NCBI GenBank assembly: GCA_965198455.1
Contig: CBDAPM010000003.1
Coordinates: 862,801-926,800 of the forward strand
Direction of reading: 5' to 3'
Length of the DNA: 64,000 nt
Source: Terriglobus sp.
GTDB lineage: Bacteria; Acidobacteriota; Terriglobia; Terriglobales; Acidobacteriaceae
Shown here: positions 56,468 to 64,000 of the stretch, piece by piece
Position numbering within the stretch: position 1 is the first letter of the stretch
Layout of the letters: each line of letters starts with the position of its first letter
Translations under genes and position numbers: made by a program
The notes under the pieces: generated by a model
The model's database searches: none
What the model was told of the DNA's origin: nothing
Seen by the model: the letters and a program-made list of their open reading frames with translations, nothing else

Positions 56468-57709
56468 CTACAGCACCCGGCTATGCCGATACCCTTGCTC
56501 CGTCAACGCCGCCAGCAACTCATCCATCTGATCACGCCCTCGCGTCTCCATCGTGATATCGATGGTCGTATCGCCAAGATTCACACCGTAGTACGCCCGG
56601 TTATACAGCGTATCCACAATGTTCACGCCATGTTCCGCGATAATCTTCGTCAAATCCTGCAGCGCGCCCGCACGATCCAGCAGGTGAATCCGCAGCCGGA
56701 TCAAACGCCCATCCTGCACCAGGCCGCGCTCAATAATCCGCGACAGCAGCGTCACATCAATGTTGCCGCCACACACCAGCACCGCCGTCTTCGCGCCCTT
56801 GGGCAACGACGTCCGCTTCTGCAACAACGCTGCCAGCGCCGTCGCACCCGCACCCTCGGCCAGCGTCTTCTCGCGCTCCAGCAGCATCAGGATCGCCGCA
56901 GCGATCTCATCTTCATCGACAGTCACAATCTCATCGACATACTGCCTTACCAGCGGCATCGTCAGCGTTCCCGCACGACGAACAGCAATGCCATCGCCAA
57001 TCGTCGTAGCGGCATCAATCGTCACCGGCTCACCCGCCGCCAGAGCCGCCTGCATGCTCGGCAGCCGCATCGTCTGCACGCCAATCACCTTCACGCCAGG
57101 CTTCAGCGACTTCACGGCGCACGCAATGCCGCCAATCAGCCCGCCGCCGCCAATCGGTGCCACCACCGCCTCAAGCCCATCCACCTGCTCCAGCATCTCC
57201 AGGCCAATCGTGCCTTGCCCCGCGATCACATCCGCATCATCGAACGGATGAATAAACGTCGATCCATCCGCATCCCACCGCCTCCGTGCCTCCGCATACG
57301 CAGCGTCATAATTGGCCCCATGCAGCACCACATGCGCGCCAAACCGCCGCGTCGCCGTCACCTTCACCAGCGGCGTCGTCTCCGGCATCACAATGGTCGA
57401 CTGAATCCCTCGCCGCGTCGCGTGATACGCCACCCCCTGCGCATGATTGCCCGCGCTCGCCGCAATCACGCCACGAGCAGCTTGCTCCGGCGTCAGCAGG
57501 CTGATCCGGTTCAGCGCTCCGCGCTCCTTAAACGCGCCCGTCATCTGCAGGTTTTCCAGCTTCAGATGAATCGACTGGCCCGTCATCTCGCTCAGCGTGT
57601 GCGAGTAGGCGCACGGCGTCAGATACACAGCATCGCGCACACGTTCGCGCGCCGCCTCAATATCGGCAAGGTTCACAGCAAGTTGCGTCGGGTTTTCTAA
57701 GGCAGGCAT
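56468..57709 (-). CDS. ilvA: threonine ammonia-lyase (threonine dehydratase), single ACT-like C-terminal domain
   Basis: PLP-fold motifs (LENLQMTGAFKERGALN, SAGNHAQGVAY, GGGGLIGG) and a C-terminal regulatory domain. Start set to ATG 57709. Confidence 0.88.
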   Translation of the reverse strand: MPALENPTQLAVNLADIEAARERVRDAVYLTPCAYSHTLSEMTGQSIHLKLENLQMTGAFKERGALNRISLLTPEQAARGVIAASAGNHAQGVAYHATRRGIQSTIVMPETTPLVKVTATRRFGAHVVLHGANYDAAYAEARRRWDADGSTFIHPFDDADVIAGQGTIGLEMLEQVDGLEAVVAPIGGGGLIGGIACAVKSLKPGVKVIGVQTMRLPSMQAALAAGEPVTIDAATTIGDGIAVRRAGTLTMPLVRQYVDEIVTVDEDEIAAAILMLLEREKTLAEGAGATALAALLQKRTSLPKGAKTAVLVCGGNIDVTLLSRIIERGLVQDGRLIRLRIHLLDRAGALQDLTKIIAEHGVNIVDTLYNRAYYGVNLGDTTIDITMETRGRDQMDELLAALTEQGYRHSRVL

Positions 57710-57725
57710 GGCTATGCCTATAAGA

Positions 57726-58238
57726 CTAAGCTGTTTTACGCCGCGCCGCGCTCTTCGCGTGCAACGCATCCAACTGCGGCTGCAGCCGGTCCACCGCCGC
57801 TGCAAGCATGCCCTTCAGCAGCTCCAGCTCAGAAAGCTTCAGATCGGACCACATATCGCGGCTGATGATGGTCCAGAGACCCATACAGCGCTCCAGCACG
57901 CGTCGCCCCTCCTCGGTCAGCTGTGCCGTTAGCACCCGGCGATTCACAGGGGATGGCCGGCGCACGATCAAGCCATCCCTCTCCGCCCGCGTTACAATCG
58001 CCTGCATGCTCTGCGGCGTGATGTAGCAAGTCCGCGACAGGGCCGCGGCGGAATGGTCCGGCTCCTCGTTCAGGGCATGTAACATACGCAGCTGTGCCAG
58101 CGTGACATTTTCCTTCTCCAGTTCCACCTCCAGCAGCGTTCGGTACCCGGTCATCAACCGCTTCATGCTGCTCGCGATCGCCTTCGCCTCAGCATCTCGA
58201 ATTTCCGCTTTGGACCTTTTCATCGGTTTACGCTGCAT
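57726..58238 (-). CDS. MarR-family transcriptional regulator
   Basis: Winged-helix core LTLAQLRMLHALNEEPDHSAAALSRTCYITPQSMQAIVTRAERDGLIVRRPSPVNRR. Divergent from a DHA2 pump. Confidence 0.9.
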   Translation of the reverse strand: MQRKPMKRSKAEIRDAEAKAIASSMKRLMTGYRTLLEVELEKENVTLAQLRMLHALNEEPDHSAAALSRTCYITPQSMQAIVTRAERDGLIVRRPSPVNRRVLTAQLTEEGRRVLERCMGLWTIISRDMWSDLKLSELELLKGMLAAAVDRLQPQLDALHAKSAARRKTA

Positions 58239-58241
58239 TGT

Positions 58242-58279
58242 TATCAGCCTGCTGATACTCTATATCAGGAAACTGATAT
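58242..58279. promoter_or_regulatory. two palindromes sharing the ATCAG/CTGAT half-site (candidate MarR operators)
   Basis: TATCAGC-CT-GCTGATA (58242-58257) and ATATCAG-GAAA-CTGATAT (58262-58279). The second overlaps the pump ATG, within a 39-nt intergenic region. Confidence 0.5.
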
Positions 58280-59864
58280 GCCTGCCGCAACCACCCACCA
58301 GGTCGAATGGAAGCCAAAGCACAATCCCTGGGCGATTGCGCTCACGGTCACGCTCGCCACCTTCATGGAGGTGCTCGACACCTCCATCGCCAACGTGGCG
58401 CTGCCTCACATTGCAGGCTCCATGGGCGCATCGCAGGAAGAAGCCACCTGGGTGCTCACCAGCTATCTCGTCGCCTCCGCCGTCATTCTGCCCATCTCCG
58501 GCTGGCTCTCCAACCGCTTCGGCCGCAAGCGCTTCTACATGACCTGCGTTGTCCTTTTTACGCTCTCATCGCTGCTCTGCGGCCTCGCGCCCACGCTGCC
58601 GCTGCTCATCTTCGCTCGCGTCCTGCAAGGCCTTGGCGGCGGTGGTCTCGCGCCAAGTGAACAGGCCATCCTCGCCGACACCTTCTCTGTTGAAAAGCGC
58701 GGGCAGGCCTTCGCACTCTACGGTGCCGCCGTTGTCATCGCGCCCGCCATCGGCCCAACCCTCGGCGGTTGGATTACCGACAACTATAACTGGCACTGGA
58801 TCTTCTTCATCAACCTGCCCATCGGCCTCATCTCGCTCTTCCTCTCCAATCGCATGGTCGAGGATTCGCCCGAGATCATCGCCCGCACCAAGCGCCGCGA
58901 CCCCGTCGATTTCATCGGCCTGCTCTCCGTCGGCATCGGTGTCGGCATGCTCGAGTTCACGCTCGACAAAGGCCAGGAAAAAGACTGGTTCGGCTCCGGC
59001 GAAATTCAACTCACCGCCATTCTCGCCACCATCATCCTCATCTTCTTCGTCTACTGGGAGTGGCGTCACGTCGATCCCATCGTGGACCTGAAACTTCTCA
59101 AAAACCGAAACTTCGGCACAGCCGTCTTCCTCCAGCTCATCCTCGGCATGGTGCTCTTCGGGTCCACCGTACTCATCCCGCAGTTCCTACAAAGCCTGCT
59201 CGGCTACACCGCGGAGCGCGCTGGCATGGTCCTCTCACCCGCCGGCTTCGTCATGATGATCGGCATGGTCATCGCCGGCCGTACGCTCGGCAAGGGCGAC
59301 CCACGCCTCACCGTCATGCTCGGCTACCTCGCCACCGCGGCAGGCCTCTACAACCTCACACGGCTCGACCTCGGCTCCGCCTTCGGCACCATCACCATCT
59401 GGCGCATGATCCAGGTCATCGGCCTGCCCTTCATCTTCATCCCCATCAGCACGCTCAACTACGTCGGCGTGCCGCGCGAAAAGAGCAACCAGATCTCCTC
59501 GCTCTCCAACTTCGCGCGCAACATGGGCGGCTCCGCAGGCACCGCTCTGCTCACCACCTACCTCGCGCGCAACGCGCAAACCCACGCGCAAACGCTCGGC
59601 GCCAACATCTGGCAGGGCAAAGCCGCGCTCACCGACTACGTCAGCCACTTCGCCTCAGCCGCAGGCATGAGCATGTCCGCGGCACAGCCGCTCGCCACCG
59701 CATCGGCATATCAGCAGCTCATCCTGCAGGCCACCATGCTCGCCTACAAAAACGCCTTCGCTCTGCTCGCCTTCGCTGTCGCCGCTCTCGCACCACTGGT
59801 ATGGATCATGCGCCTCCCACCCAAGAGAGCAACGATCGAGCCGGAACTGGCAGCCGGCCATTGA
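58278..59864 (+). CDS. MFS multidrug transporter, DHA2 family (EmrB-like)
   Basis: WAIALTVTLATFMEVLDTSIANVALPHIAGSMG, LQGLGGGGL, 14-TMS layout. Confidence 0.9.
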   Translation: MPAATTHQVEWKPKHNPWAIALTVTLATFMEVLDTSIANVALPHIAGSMGASQEEATWVLTSYLVASAVILPISGWLSNRFGRKRFYMTCVVLFTLSSLLCGLAPTLPLLIFARVLQGLGGGGLAPSEQAILADTFSVEKRGQAFALYGAAVVIAPAIGPTLGGWITDNYNWHWIFFINLPIGLISLFLSNRMVEDSPEIIARTKRRDPVDFIGLLSVGIGVGMLEFTLDKGQEKDWFGSGEIQLTAILATIILIFFVYWEWRHVDPIVDLKLLKNRNFGTAVFLQLILGMVLFGSTVLIPQFLQSLLGYTAERAGMVLSPAGFVMMIGMVIAGRTLGKGDPRLTVMLGYLATAAGLYNLTRLDLGSAFGTITIWRMIQVIGLPFIFIPISTLNYVGVPREKSNQISSLSNFARNMGGSAGTALLTTYLARNAQTHAQTLGANIWQGKAALTDYVSHFASAAGMSMSAAQPLATASAYQQLILQATMLAYKNAFALLAFAVAALAPLVWIMRLPPKRATIEPELAAGH

Positions 59865-60000
59865 GTCGCTCCCAGTCAGCTGATCGAAAACAGCTTCATG
59901 CCGACCAACGGAAGGCCTACGCGAAGCAGTAAAGGGGCATGCAAACGCCCCGCACCGCGCGTAGCGGGCCCCGTCCGGCAGGACACCCGTCTGAACGCCG

Positions 60001-60840
60001 TTACAGCCGCTTCCGGAACGCATTCGCCCGCGCAAACGCCTCGCGCAGCTCCGGCGTCTTCAGGTTCTCCCGCATATGCTGCAACCGCTGCTCCAGCGAC
60101 TGCAGCGTCTCCGCAATCGGCGCCTCATTGGTATGCGCAATGTCCCGCCACATGCTGTACGGACTCGCTCCAAGCCGCGTCATCTCACGCAACGCGCGCC
60201 CACCAATCGCGCGCAACTCCGGCGAATCCCCAAACGCCTCTTCCAGCATCGCCGCAATCGCCGTCGACACCATCTGCGGCATGTGGCTCACCCACGCGCA
60301 CACGCGATCATGCTGCTCCGCCGGCAAATCCAGTACGTTCGCCCCAAACTTTGCGACCCAGTCACGCCACATCAGTTCCAGCTTCGTCGTCTCATGCAAC
60401 GGCGTAAACAACCACGTAGCCCCGCGGAATAATCCGGCCTCCGCCAGCGCCGCGCCGCCACTCTCCTTGCCCGCCATCGGATGCCCCGGCAAAAAACTCC
60501 CCGGCATCAACCGCTCCGCCAACTCGCAGATCACAACCTTGGTCGATCCAACATCGGTCACCAGTTGCCCGTCACGCAGCCCCGGCGCAATCTGCTTCAT
60601 CCAGTGTTGGATCGCAAGCACCGGCGCAGCCAGCACAATCACATCGGCAGCCTCAATCGCCGCCCCATGCTCCTCTGAAGACCGCGCCGCACGATCGATT
60701 GCGCCAAGCTCCAGCGCAGTCTTCAGCTCGTCGCCACTGGCATCAATGCCCGTAATCGCACCGGCAAAACCGGCCTCGCGCAATGCAAGGCCGATGGATG
60801 CGCCGATGAGTCCCGTCCCAACGATGACGACAGAGTTCAT
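60001..60840 (-). CDS. tyrA: prephenate (arogenate) dehydrogenase
   Basis: VIVGTGLIGASIGLAL Rossmann motif, GHPMAG, HDRVCAWVSHMPQ. Confidence 0.9.
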   Translation of the reverse strand: MNSVVIVGTGLIGASIGLALREAGFAGAITGIDASGDELKTALELGAIDRAARSSEEHGAAIEAADVIVLAAPVLAIQHWMKQIAPGLRDGQLVTDVGSTKVVICELAERLMPGSFLPGHPMAGKESGGAALAEAGLFRGATWLFTPLHETTKLELMWRDWVAKFGANVLDLPAEQHDRVCAWVSHMPQMVSTAIAAMLEEAFGDSPELRAIGGRALREMTRLGASPYSMWRDIAHTNEAPIAETLQSLEQRLQHMRENLKTPELREAFARANAFRKRL

Positions 60841-61527
60841 CTAAAACACAAGGTGCTGCTCAAAGAAGAGTACCGACCGCTTCATCGCAAGCGTCGCAGC
60901 ATCCGCAACATAGCTATGCGGGTCAATGGCACGCGCAAAGGCATGGCCGGCATTCTCATAGACGAAGATCGGCACTTCAGGATGAGCCACCTGTATCTTG
61001 GCGATCTCCTCCGCTGGAATGTGCTCGTCCAATCCGCCAAAGTGCAGCATCACCGGGCATTGCGGCTTTTCGCTCGCAAACTTGGCAATGCTGCCGCCGT
61101 AATAGCCAACCGCAGCTTCGGCTTTCAGCCGGCATGCCGACAGCCAGGCCATCGTCCCGCCAAAGCAATACCCAACCACGCCAACGTTCTGCTCCGTCTC
61201 ATTGCGAAGCCAGTCAATCGCCGCGTCCACATCCAGCGTCTGAGGCCCAAAGTCCGGCGCAAAGTGCTTCATCAGACGCATGGCGTCGCCCCATCCCGCC
61301 TGGTCATACTTCAGCTGCACGCCCTTCTCAAACCGGTCGAACATCTGCGGCGCAATCACCAGGAACCCATGGCTCGCCCACTCATCCGCAGTCATCTGGA
61401 TGTTCTTATTAACGCCAAAAATCTCCTGCACCACCACTAGCGCCGCCTTCGGCTCACCCTTGGGACGCACCACATACGCGTCCATCTCGTTGCCGTCGCT
61501 CGCCGTAATCTTGACCCACTCTGCCAT
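60841..61527 (-). CDS. dienelactone hydrolase-family protein
   Basis: GYCFGG nucleophile (Cys) elbow, HFGGLDEHIP, ENAGHAF. ATG 61527 follows GGGAGGA. Its stop abuts the tyrA start with zero spacer. Confidence 0.85.
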   Translation of the reverse strand: MAEWVKITASDGNEMDAYVVRPKGEPKAALVVVQEIFGVNKNIQMTADEWASHGFLVIAPQMFDRFEKGVQLKYDQAGWGDAMRLMKHFAPDFGPQTLDVDAAIDWLRNETEQNVGVVGYCFGGTMAWLSACRLKAEAAVGYYGGSIAKFASEKPQCPVMLHFGGLDEHIPAEEIAKIQVAHPEVPIFVYENAGHAFARAIDPHSYVADAATLAMKRSVLFFEQHLVF

Positions 61528-61581
61528 TCCACATCCTCCCGGAGACAATGTTCCAGCGAACATTCTCCCACTGACGAAACC

Positions 61582-62601
61582 TTACGCCACTCTGCGTCCC
61601 ACCACGGGCGCAAGCTGGCGCAGCTGCTCCACCAGCTTCGTCAACTGCTCCGGAAACAATGACTGCGCGCCATCGCTCATCGCCTTCTCCGGATTCGGAT
61701 GCATCTCCATCAGCAACCCATCCGCACCCGCCGCAACCGACGCCAGCGCCAGCGCCGGCACAAACTCGCGCTTACCCACACCATGTGACGGATCGCCAAA
61801 CACCGGCAGATGCGTCAGCTTCTTCAGCACCGGAATCGCGCTGATGTCCATCGTATTGCGCGTGTACGTCTCAAACGTGCGGATACCCCGCTCGCACAAC
61901 ATCAGGTCATAGTTGCCGCCGCTCAGAATGTACTCCGCACTCAACAGCACTTCCTCAATCGTCGCGGAAATGCCGCGCTTCATCAGCACCGGCTTGCGCA
62001 CATGGCCCAACTCGCGCAGCAGGTTAAAGTTCTGCATATTCCTCGCACCCACCTGGAAACAGTCAATGTACGGCAGCATCGGCTCAATCTGCGAAATCTC
62101 CATCACTTCCGTGATCACCAGCAAGCCTGTCGTATCACCCACCTCGCGCAGCAGCTTCAGCCCCTCAACGCCCATGCCCTGAAAGCTGTACGGCGACGAC
62201 CGCGGCTTATACGCTCCGCCCCGCAGAAACTGCCCACCCGCCGCCTTCACCTGCTGCGCGCTCAACAGAATCTGCTCACGCGACTCCACCGAGCAAGGCC
62301 CCGCCATAATCGTGACTTCCTCGCCGCCGACCGTCACGCCATTCGGAAACGTGATGACAGTCCCCTCTGGCCGGAAGCTGCGCCCCGCCAACTTATACGG
62401 CGACGAGATGCGGTGCGCATCCTGCACGCCCGCCAGCACCTGGAACTCCGCCACATCGAACTGCGCAGGCGTACCCACACCCGCCAGAATCATCTGCCCT
62501 TCACCGCTCGTGCGATGCACATCAAACCCGAGCTCCACCATCTGCTCGATCACCGCCTGGATATTCGCCGCGGTGGCGCTGCTCTGCATAACCACAATCA
62601 T
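61582..62601 (-). CDS. aroF: 3-deoxy-7-phosphoheptulonate (DAHP) synthase, type I-beta with N-terminal ferredoxin-like regulatory domain
   Basis: N-terminal MIVVM...IEQMVELGFDVHRTSGE ACT/FL-like domain, then a KDO8PS/DAHPS I-beta core (AGPCSVES, RGGAYKPRSSPYSFQG, GARNMQNF, KRG, CERGIRTF, DPSH). Confidence 0.9.
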   Translation of the reverse strand: MIVVMQSSATAANIQAVIEQMVELGFDVHRTSGEGQMILAGVGTPAQFDVAEFQVLAGVQDAHRISSPYKLAGRSFRPEGTVITFPNGVTVGGEEVTIMAGPCSVESREQILLSAQQVKAAGGQFLRGGAYKPRSSPYSFQGMGVEGLKLLREVGDTTGLLVITEVMEISQIEPMLPYIDCFQVGARNMQNFNLLRELGHVRKPVLMKRGISATIEEVLLSAEYILSGGNYDLMLCERGIRTFETYTRNTMDISAIPVLKKLTHLPVFGDPSHGVGKREFVPALALASVAAGADGLLMEMHPNPEKAMSDGAQSLFPEQLTKLVEQLRQLAPVVGRRVA

Positions 62602-62648
62602 TGGATCCGTCGACCTTCACTCTCTCTAAATGTCTTCTGCTGCGCCGC

Positions 62649-62915
62649 TTACGCCTGCGGGCGCTTCTGCAGCGAACGCATCACGTCCATAATGCGTTCG
62701 TAAATCACCACCAGCTGCGCGTCCGGCATCGCCCCCGTATTGCACGCCTGCACATGCGCCAGCACAGCCTGCTCACGATCGGGCTCATAAATCGTGCCGC
62801 CCTTCTGCGCCTTCAACTGACCAATCGCCGCCGCCGCGCTCGCGCGCTCACACAGCAGCTTCACAATCTGCTCGTCCAGCCCATCAATCTTCGCCCGCCA
62901 GTCTGCAATCTCCAT
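62649..62915 (-). CDS. chorismate mutase, AroQ class (stand-alone)
   Basis: 88 aa. WRAKIDGLDEQIVKLLCERASAAAAIGQLK...YEPDREQAVL is typical of the AroQ three-helix protein. Confidence 0.85.
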   Translation of the reverse strand: MEIADWRAKIDGLDEQIVKLLCERASAAAAIGQLKAQKGGTIYEPDREQAVLAHVQACNTGAMPDAQLVVIYERIMDVMRSLQKRPQA

Positions 62916-63003
62916 CGTCTTCGTCCCCTGCTACATCGGTCTAGCCGCTTGATCCAGCCGCTCTCGCATGGCTGCCCGGCGTCTCGTTCATTCTACGGAG
63001 CGC

Positions 63004-63771
63004 CTACGACGCCGCGCGCAACGCCTTCACAAACGCCCCCACGGCAGCAGCCTCGCCACCCCGATCACTCTGTTCAATCAACGCAACAATCGCGCTGCCC
63101 ACAATCGCCGCATCCGCAAACGCAGTCACCGCACGCACATGCTCCGCCTTCGAGATACCAAAGCCCACCGCAACCGGCAGCGTCGTGTACTGCTTCAGCC
63201 GCTTCACCAGCCCCTCGGCATCGCTCGCCACCTGCTCCTGCGTGCCCGTAATCCCCACACGCGAGATCGCATACACAAACCCCTTGCTATGTTCCGCAAT
63301 GGCCTTCAACCGCTCCTCAGGACTCGTCGGCGCAGCCAGAAACACCGGCGCAAGGTTATGCTTCGCCATCTCAGCCAAATACTCACCGGCCTCCTCAACA
63401 ATCATGTCCGTCAACAAAACCCCATCCGCTCCGCAAGCCTTCGCCGCCTCGCAAAACGCCGCCAAACCCATCCGCACAACAGGGTTCAGATAGCTGAACA
63501 AAATCAACCCGCAAGCAGGCCGCGCGTCGCGAATCTTCTTAGCCAGCGCGAGCACATCACTCAAACGAACGCCACGCCCAACCGCACGCTCACTCGCCCG
63601 CTGAATCACCGGCCCATCCGCCAGCGGATCGCTGAACGGCACACCCAGCTCAATCACCTGCGCACCGTTATCGATCGCAGCAAGCGCAATAGCATAGGTC
63701 GCTTCAACCGAAGGATCACCGGCGGTGAGATACACCACCAAACCCGGCTTCTGCGAGAAATCAATGGGCAT
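63004..63771 (-). CDS. trpA: tryptophan synthase alpha chain
   Basis: LVVYLTAGDPS, IELGVPFSDPLADGPVIQ, GFGIS. Confidence 0.95.
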   Translation of the reverse strand: MPIDFSQKPGLVVYLTAGDPSVEATYAIALAAIDNGAQVIELGVPFSDPLADGPVIQRASERAVGRGVRLSDVLALAKKIRDARPACGLILFSYLNPVVRMGLAAFCEAAKACGADGVLLTDMIVEEAGEYLAEMAKHNLAPVFLAAPTSPEERLKAIAEHSKGFVYAISRVGITGTQEQVASDAEGLVKRLKQYTTLPVAVGFGISKAEHVRAVTAFADAAIVGSAIVALIEQSDRGGEAAAVGAFVKALRAAS

Positions 63772-63786
63772 CGCAAACTCCCGTAA

Positions 63787-63892
63787 GAGGGAACAGGAAA
63801 AAGGAAACAGGGAACAGCATGTTCGCCTTGTTCTCAGATAGTGCCGATGGACAATGCTTTTCTGTTCCCTGTTCCCTGCATCCTGTTCCCTC
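63787..63892. repeat. long imperfect inverted repeat built from GGGAACAG/CTGTTCCC units in the trpB-trpA spacer
   Basis: GAGGGAACAGGA (63787-63798) pairs with TCCTGTTCCCTC (63881-63892). GGAAACAGGGAACAG (63803-63817) pairs with CTGTTCCCTGTTCCC (63862-63876) at 14/15. Confidence 0.7.
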
Positions 63893-63927
63893 AGCTACAG
63901 CCACGGCTGCTACGTAGACCACCAACA

Positions 63928-64000
63928 TCACGCGCCCTTCAAATCCATCTCACGGGCAATAATGCCCATGTCTTTATCGCCACGGCCACTTACATTCACC
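63928..64000 (-). CDS. trpB: tryptophan synthase beta chain, C-terminal end only (partial at window edge)
   Basis: Own translation of the minus strand: VNVSGRGDKDMGIIAREMDLKGA-stop (TGA at 63928-63930). The SGRGDKD motif is the TrpB C-terminal signature. Confidence 0.8.
   Translation of the reverse strand, partial: VNVSGRGDKDMGIIAREMDLKGA

Noticed and set aside
1-64000. Search for transposases, integrases, rRNA genes, intact tRNAs, CRISPR arrays and prophage structural genes
   Set aside because: No translated ORF showed DDE, tyrosine- or serine-recombinase, capsid, terminase or Cas-like signatures. No rRNA-like sequence or regularly spaced repeat array was seen. Absence is judged by eye only.

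Overview
64-kb bacterial chromosomal window. The gene content (many DHA2 and RND efflux systems, Tat-exported hydrolases, NmrA and DinB proteins, Ser/Thr/Gly/Ala-rich linkers) resembles a soil Acidobacteriota-type genome. That assignment is inference only. The window splits into two parts. (A) 1 to about 30.1 kb looks accessory and mosaic. Hand-sampled lines suggest lower GC and weaker G/C-ending codon bias than part B. It holds an emrB-tolC-emrA-like operon, two further DHA2 pumps, four alpha/beta hydrolases, two NmrA paralogs, an ECF sigma factor, a cNMP-binding TrxR-like protein and a DUF4143 ATPase, and it has an unusually high density of broken genes. A truncated tRNA-Phe remnant lies at 24047-24112. 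Its last 22 nt recur (21/22) as a direct repeat at 30104-30125, giving att-like scars around a ~6-kb cassette. That cassette carries an intact split BLUF/EAL blue-light c-di-GMP module, an ArsB-type permease and several decayed signalling genes. No integrase is visible. (B) About 30.4 to 64 kb looks core-like with higher GC. It holds an MFS/TetR pair, a czcCBA-like heavy-metal RND operon with a divergent histidine kinase/LuxR-type regulator pair, a DPP-IV-like S9 peptidase, an mdtABC-NodT operon, an ABC-2 exporter, ilvA, a MarR-DHA2 pair, and an aromatic amino-acid supraoperon on the minus strand (trpB-trpA-chorismate mutase-DAHP synthase-dienelactone hydrolase-tyrA). I saw no rRNA, CRISPR array, transposase or integrase. 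All functional calls rest on motif recognition in the supplied or self-made translations; no database search was possible.
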